A DNA stretch of 47,701 nucleotides from Actinomycetota bacterium (GTDB taxonomy: Bacteria > Actinomycetota > Actinomycetes > S36-B12). Below are positions 45,004-47,701 of this stretch, piece by piece. Location: positions 1 to 47,701 of the forward strand of contig VGBQ01000001.1 in NCBI GenBank assembly GCA_016870425.1, in the 5' to 3' direction. The first letter of the stretch is position 1. Each line of letters begins with the position of its first letter. Position numbers and translations under genes: made by a program. The notes below the pieces were generated by a model. The model ran no database searches. It was not told the origin of the DNA and saw only the letters and a list, made by a program, of their open reading frames with translations.

Positions 45004-46827
45004 CTATCCCGCAGGACGCGGCAGGGACGCGTAGAGCGCATCCATCTGCGGTGCGCCGAGCCCGCTGGCCATGTCATAGCCGGGGTACGCCGCGCAGCAG
45101 CCCACGAGCTGCACGCTGTTGATGCCGAGTGTGACGTCGTAGAAGGGAGGTGCCTCCGCGGCGGCCGCGGCGTACATCCATGCGTTGGCGAAGCCAATGG
45201 TGGGATACCCGCGATCACGCTGCTTGGCCGACATCGCAGCGAGATTAGCGGCGAGGAAGGGAGCCGCGCCGCTCGTGCCGCCTACGGCGTAGATCCCCCC
45301 GCCGTAGGCAATGGGCCAGCCGGGCTTGATGGCACCGAGGAGAGCCACGTCGGGCACGGCGCGAGGCCCGCGCGGAGTCGCGCCGGTCTGCCACCAGGGG
45401 CGGGTGAAGTGCGAACTCGGGCCGCCCGCTCCTGCGGGAGCCGGCACCATCGATCCGACGTAGGGGATGTCGTTCCATACGCGCTCGCTCGCGCGGGAGT
45501 TGTCGGGCTTCAGCGTCAGGCGCGTGCCTCCCGCGGCGGTCACCCAGGGTGACGTCGAGGGATACCACAGCGTGGGCTCACCCGTCGCCGCGGCAATCTC
45601 GGCACCGCACATCGACGTGCCGTTGTCTCCCGTCGCCACGACCACGGACGTGCCGACGATCGCGGCCATGCGCAGGAGGTCCTCGTTGAGTGTGAGGAGC
45701 GGGGCGTAGTCCTCGACGAACACCGGCTCGCACACGCCGTAGGAGACAGACACCGCGTCAGGCACGACGGCGCCGTTGAGCATGCGCGCGAAGGCATCCG
45801 TGAAGCCGATCTCGGAGTCGACCACCTGGAGGAGGGTCAGGGACTCGGCGCGCGCGAGCACCGCGGATGCGGTGACCAGGTCCAGGTGCGTCTCGATGGA
45901 CGCGCTCACGATGGGCTTGGCCACCCCGGTGCCGCGCACGACGTCGATCCGAGGCTCAGCGTGCCCGAAGCAGCGAGCCGCCGCCTCGATGTCGCTTGCG
46001 GCGTACCCACCGCCCAGGGAGACGATCGTCATGCGCGCTCCAACACCGCGCACCCCCTTGCCCGCGGCCAGCGCGGCAGTGCCATACGCGGTCTGCAATT
46101 GGCCCGGCGCGTAGGCAGCTCCCTGCGCCAGCGCGGGGGTGTCGCAGGTCCCCGTGGGCAGCGTGCCCAGGCTCCGCGGCCATTTCCGCGGCGTGCCGAC
46201 CGCGGCGAGCGTCTCCTGCAGCTCCAGCAATTGCGACTCGGACGTGCCGGGCTGGTCTGCCTTGGCGACGTACTCGACGTAGACCGCGAGCATCTCGCTC
46301 ACGTAGGGCTTCAGCGCCGCGGGAGCGCCGGCGTAGTCCTCGCCGGAGGCGAAGGAGTAGGTGCGATAGGGGAACGCCGCGGTCGCACGCTCGACGGCAA
46401 TCGTTGTGCCGTAGAGCTTCTCCCAGGTGGTGACGGGAGCTGTCAGCCGCGCCAGGATGCGGCCCTTGTCGACGGCCACCGTGAGACCGAGTCGCTTGCC
46501 CGCGTTGCGCAGTCGCGTGATCGTCTTGTCCGTCGCTCCGTAGGCACTGCCGGCCTTCTCCAGGGTCGGGTGGTCTCGGTAGAGCAAGTCCCCCGGTGTC
46601 GATCGCACGGTCGCCGCGTCCTGCAGTGCGGCGCTGTCGCGCGGAAGCCCGACGAGGAAGGTGACCGGCGTGGTCGCGTCGCGCGGCGTCGGCTCGAGCG
46701 CGCTGGAGGCAGGCAGGCCCGGCGCGCTCGACTGCGCCACGGACACGGGGCCGACGAGGGCCCCGGCGACCAAGGCTCCCGCGGCAAGCAGGACAGCGGG
46801 ACGGACGGGCGCGGACACGAGACGCAT
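45004..46827 (-). CDS. secreted S53 (sedolisin/kumamolisin-like) serine peptidase with pro-domain
   Basis: It has a signal peptide and a pro-kumamolisin-like N-domain. The catalytic Ser region is AVGGTSGAAPFLAANLAAM. Confidence 0.8.
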   Translation of the reverse strand: MRLVSAPVRPAVLLAAGALVAGALVGPVSVAQSSAPGLPASSALEPTPRDATTPVTFLVGLPRDSAALQDAATVRSTPGDLLYRDHPTLEKAGSAYGATDKTITRLRNAGKRLGLTVAVDKGRILARLTAPVTTWEKLYGTTIAVERATAAFPYRTYSFASGEDYAGAPAALKPYVSEMLAVYVEYVAKADQPGTSESQLLELQETLAAVGTPRKWPRSLGTLPTGTCDTPALAQGAAYAPGQLQTAYGTAALAAGKGVRGVGARMTIVSLGGGYAASDIEAAARCFGHAEPRIDVVRGTGVAKPIVSASIETHLDLVTASAVLARAESLTLLQVVDSEIGFTDAFARMLNGAVVPDAVSVSYGVCEPVFVEDYAPLLTLNEDLLRMAAIVGTSVVVATGDNGTSMCGAEIAAATGEPTLWYPSTSPWVTAAGGTRLTLKPDNSRASERVWNDIPYVGSMVPAPAGAGGPSSHFTRPWWQTGATPRGPRAVPDVALLGAIKPGWPIAYGGGIYAVGGTSGAAPFLAANLAAMSAKQRDRGYPTIGFANAWMYAAAAAEAPPFYDVTLGINSVQLVGCCAAYPGYDMASGLGAPQMDALYASLPRPAG

Positions 46828-46846
46828 GGGCGCGACCCTAGCCGGT

Positions 46847-47701
46847 CTATCTCACGTAGACCTGGCCACGGGCGAGGTCGAGCGACTCACAGCCACCCGT
46901 GCCGACTACGGCGGTCAGCGCGGCGCCATCCACCGACAGACGCACCTTGACGGACTGGTCGGCGTTCGACCAGCAGTGCTCCTGGCTGGCCGTCACGCTT
47001 GCCGGATCCTTCCACGTGTCGGATCCCGTGCCATGCGTGGCGATCATCATCTGACTCATCGGCGTCCGGGCGTTGAGTCCGCCGATGCGCACGGTGCCAC
47101 CCGGGTCGACGTTGAGGACGATCTGGGACTGGTACTGCCCGGCGGGCATGGCACCACTCCATGTTTCGCCCCTATAGGTCAAGTCATTCACCTTGGCATC
47201 TGCGAAGAACCACATGCCCTCGGCGGTGCCGGCCCTGCCTTGCGTGACGGTGCCGCACCGCGTGCCCGGGATCGGATCGCTCGATGGGGCGCCCAGCTTC
47301 GCGAGCCAGCGCTCACGCTGTGCACCGGCATAGAAGTCGTAGGGGCAGACAGCCCGGAGCTCCCCGTCCGCTCCGGGAGAATTCTCGAAGCGCTTCTGGT
47401 TGATGAACTGGTTGCGATGCATCGCATCCTGCACGCGGAAGTCGAAGGCCACACTGCGACCCGCCTCGCCCTTGTACCAGCCGATCTGCTCGCCGGCCTT
47501 GATGCGCGTCGGGGTCACCGGCTGCCCCGCGCTCGACGGCACCGGCTCCCGCGGGGCTACTGCCGCGACAGCACCCACGACACCCTTGACGTGGTAGAGC
47601 TGGACCTCGATCCCGCAGCCCGCGTCAAAGAACAGCGAGTACTCCGCCTGGTAGCCCGGAGGTGCACCCGGGGGCATGTAGTACGCCGCCTGGGAGAAGG
47701 T
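46847..47701 (-). CDS. hypothetical protein, 5'-truncated by the window end
   Basis: The frame stays open to position 47701. It lies 19 nt upstream of, and co-oriented with, the S53 peptidase gene. No motif was recognised with confidence. Confidence 0.6.
   Translation of the reverse strand, partial: TFSQAAYYMPPGAPPGYQAEYSLFFDAGCGIEVQLYHVKGVVGAVAAVAPREPVPSSAGQPVTPTRIKAGEQIGWYKGEAGRSVAFDFRVQDAMHRNQFINQKRFENSPGADGELRAVCPYDFYAGAQRERWLAKLGAPSSDPIPGTRCGTVTQGRAGTAEGMWFFADAKVNDLTYRGETWSGAMPAGQYQSQIVLNVDPGGTVRIGGLNARTPMSQMMIATHGTGSDTWKDPASVTASQEHCWSNADQSVKVRLSVDGAALTAVVGTGGCESLDLARGQVYVR

Noticed and set aside
46847-47701. A possible M23/LytM peptidase assignment for the partial ORF, based on IKAGEQIGWYKGEAGRSVAFDF.
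   Set aside because: The stretch only loosely mimics the M23 motif and lacks the HxH zinc ligands, so the product is left as hypothetical.

Overview
High-GC (about 70% by eye) actinobacterial chromosomal segment, densely coding on both strands. I saw no rRNA, CRISPR, transposase or integrase. Recognisable content includes a LuxR-type response regulator and histidine kinase pair. tRNA-Glu and tRNA-Asp are followed 4.9 kb later by tRNA-Phe; the gap holds a peptide-type ABC importer (binding protein plus two permeases, no ATPase) and a PHP phosphoesterase. Also present are the conserved mscR (mycothiol-dependent formaldehyde dehydrogenase)/MBL-hydrolase pair, a secreted DUF1524-Excalibur nuclease, CapA, a penicillin-acylase-family Ntn hydrolase, and a TetR-controlled GcvT-like/FAD-oxidoreductase pair. 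Further genes encode a glycerophosphodiesterase, a TAP-like hydrolase/AMP-ligase/GNAT operon, a SAM methyltransferase, a FUSC exporter and an S53 peptidase. The most unusual items are: (1) a minus-strand envelope cluster (lipoprotein, 2-TM peptide, small secreted protein, then about 1,470 aa of beta-rich secreted protein split into two ORFs next to a G8 homopolymer); (2) a compositionally atypical 1,086-aa secreted protein ending in four Cys-stapled Ig-like repeats; (3) two tiny lipoproteins of extreme composition, one encoded by an (NQ)n hexanucleotide microsatellite; (4) a collagen-like secreted protein with a displaced low-GC C-terminal domain. Several genes look broken: a RelE-like toxin, a helicase, a DUF47 half-gene and a small zinc-ribbon-like ORF. 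No known defence or mobile system was recognised. All functional calls come from reading motifs by eye, not from searches.
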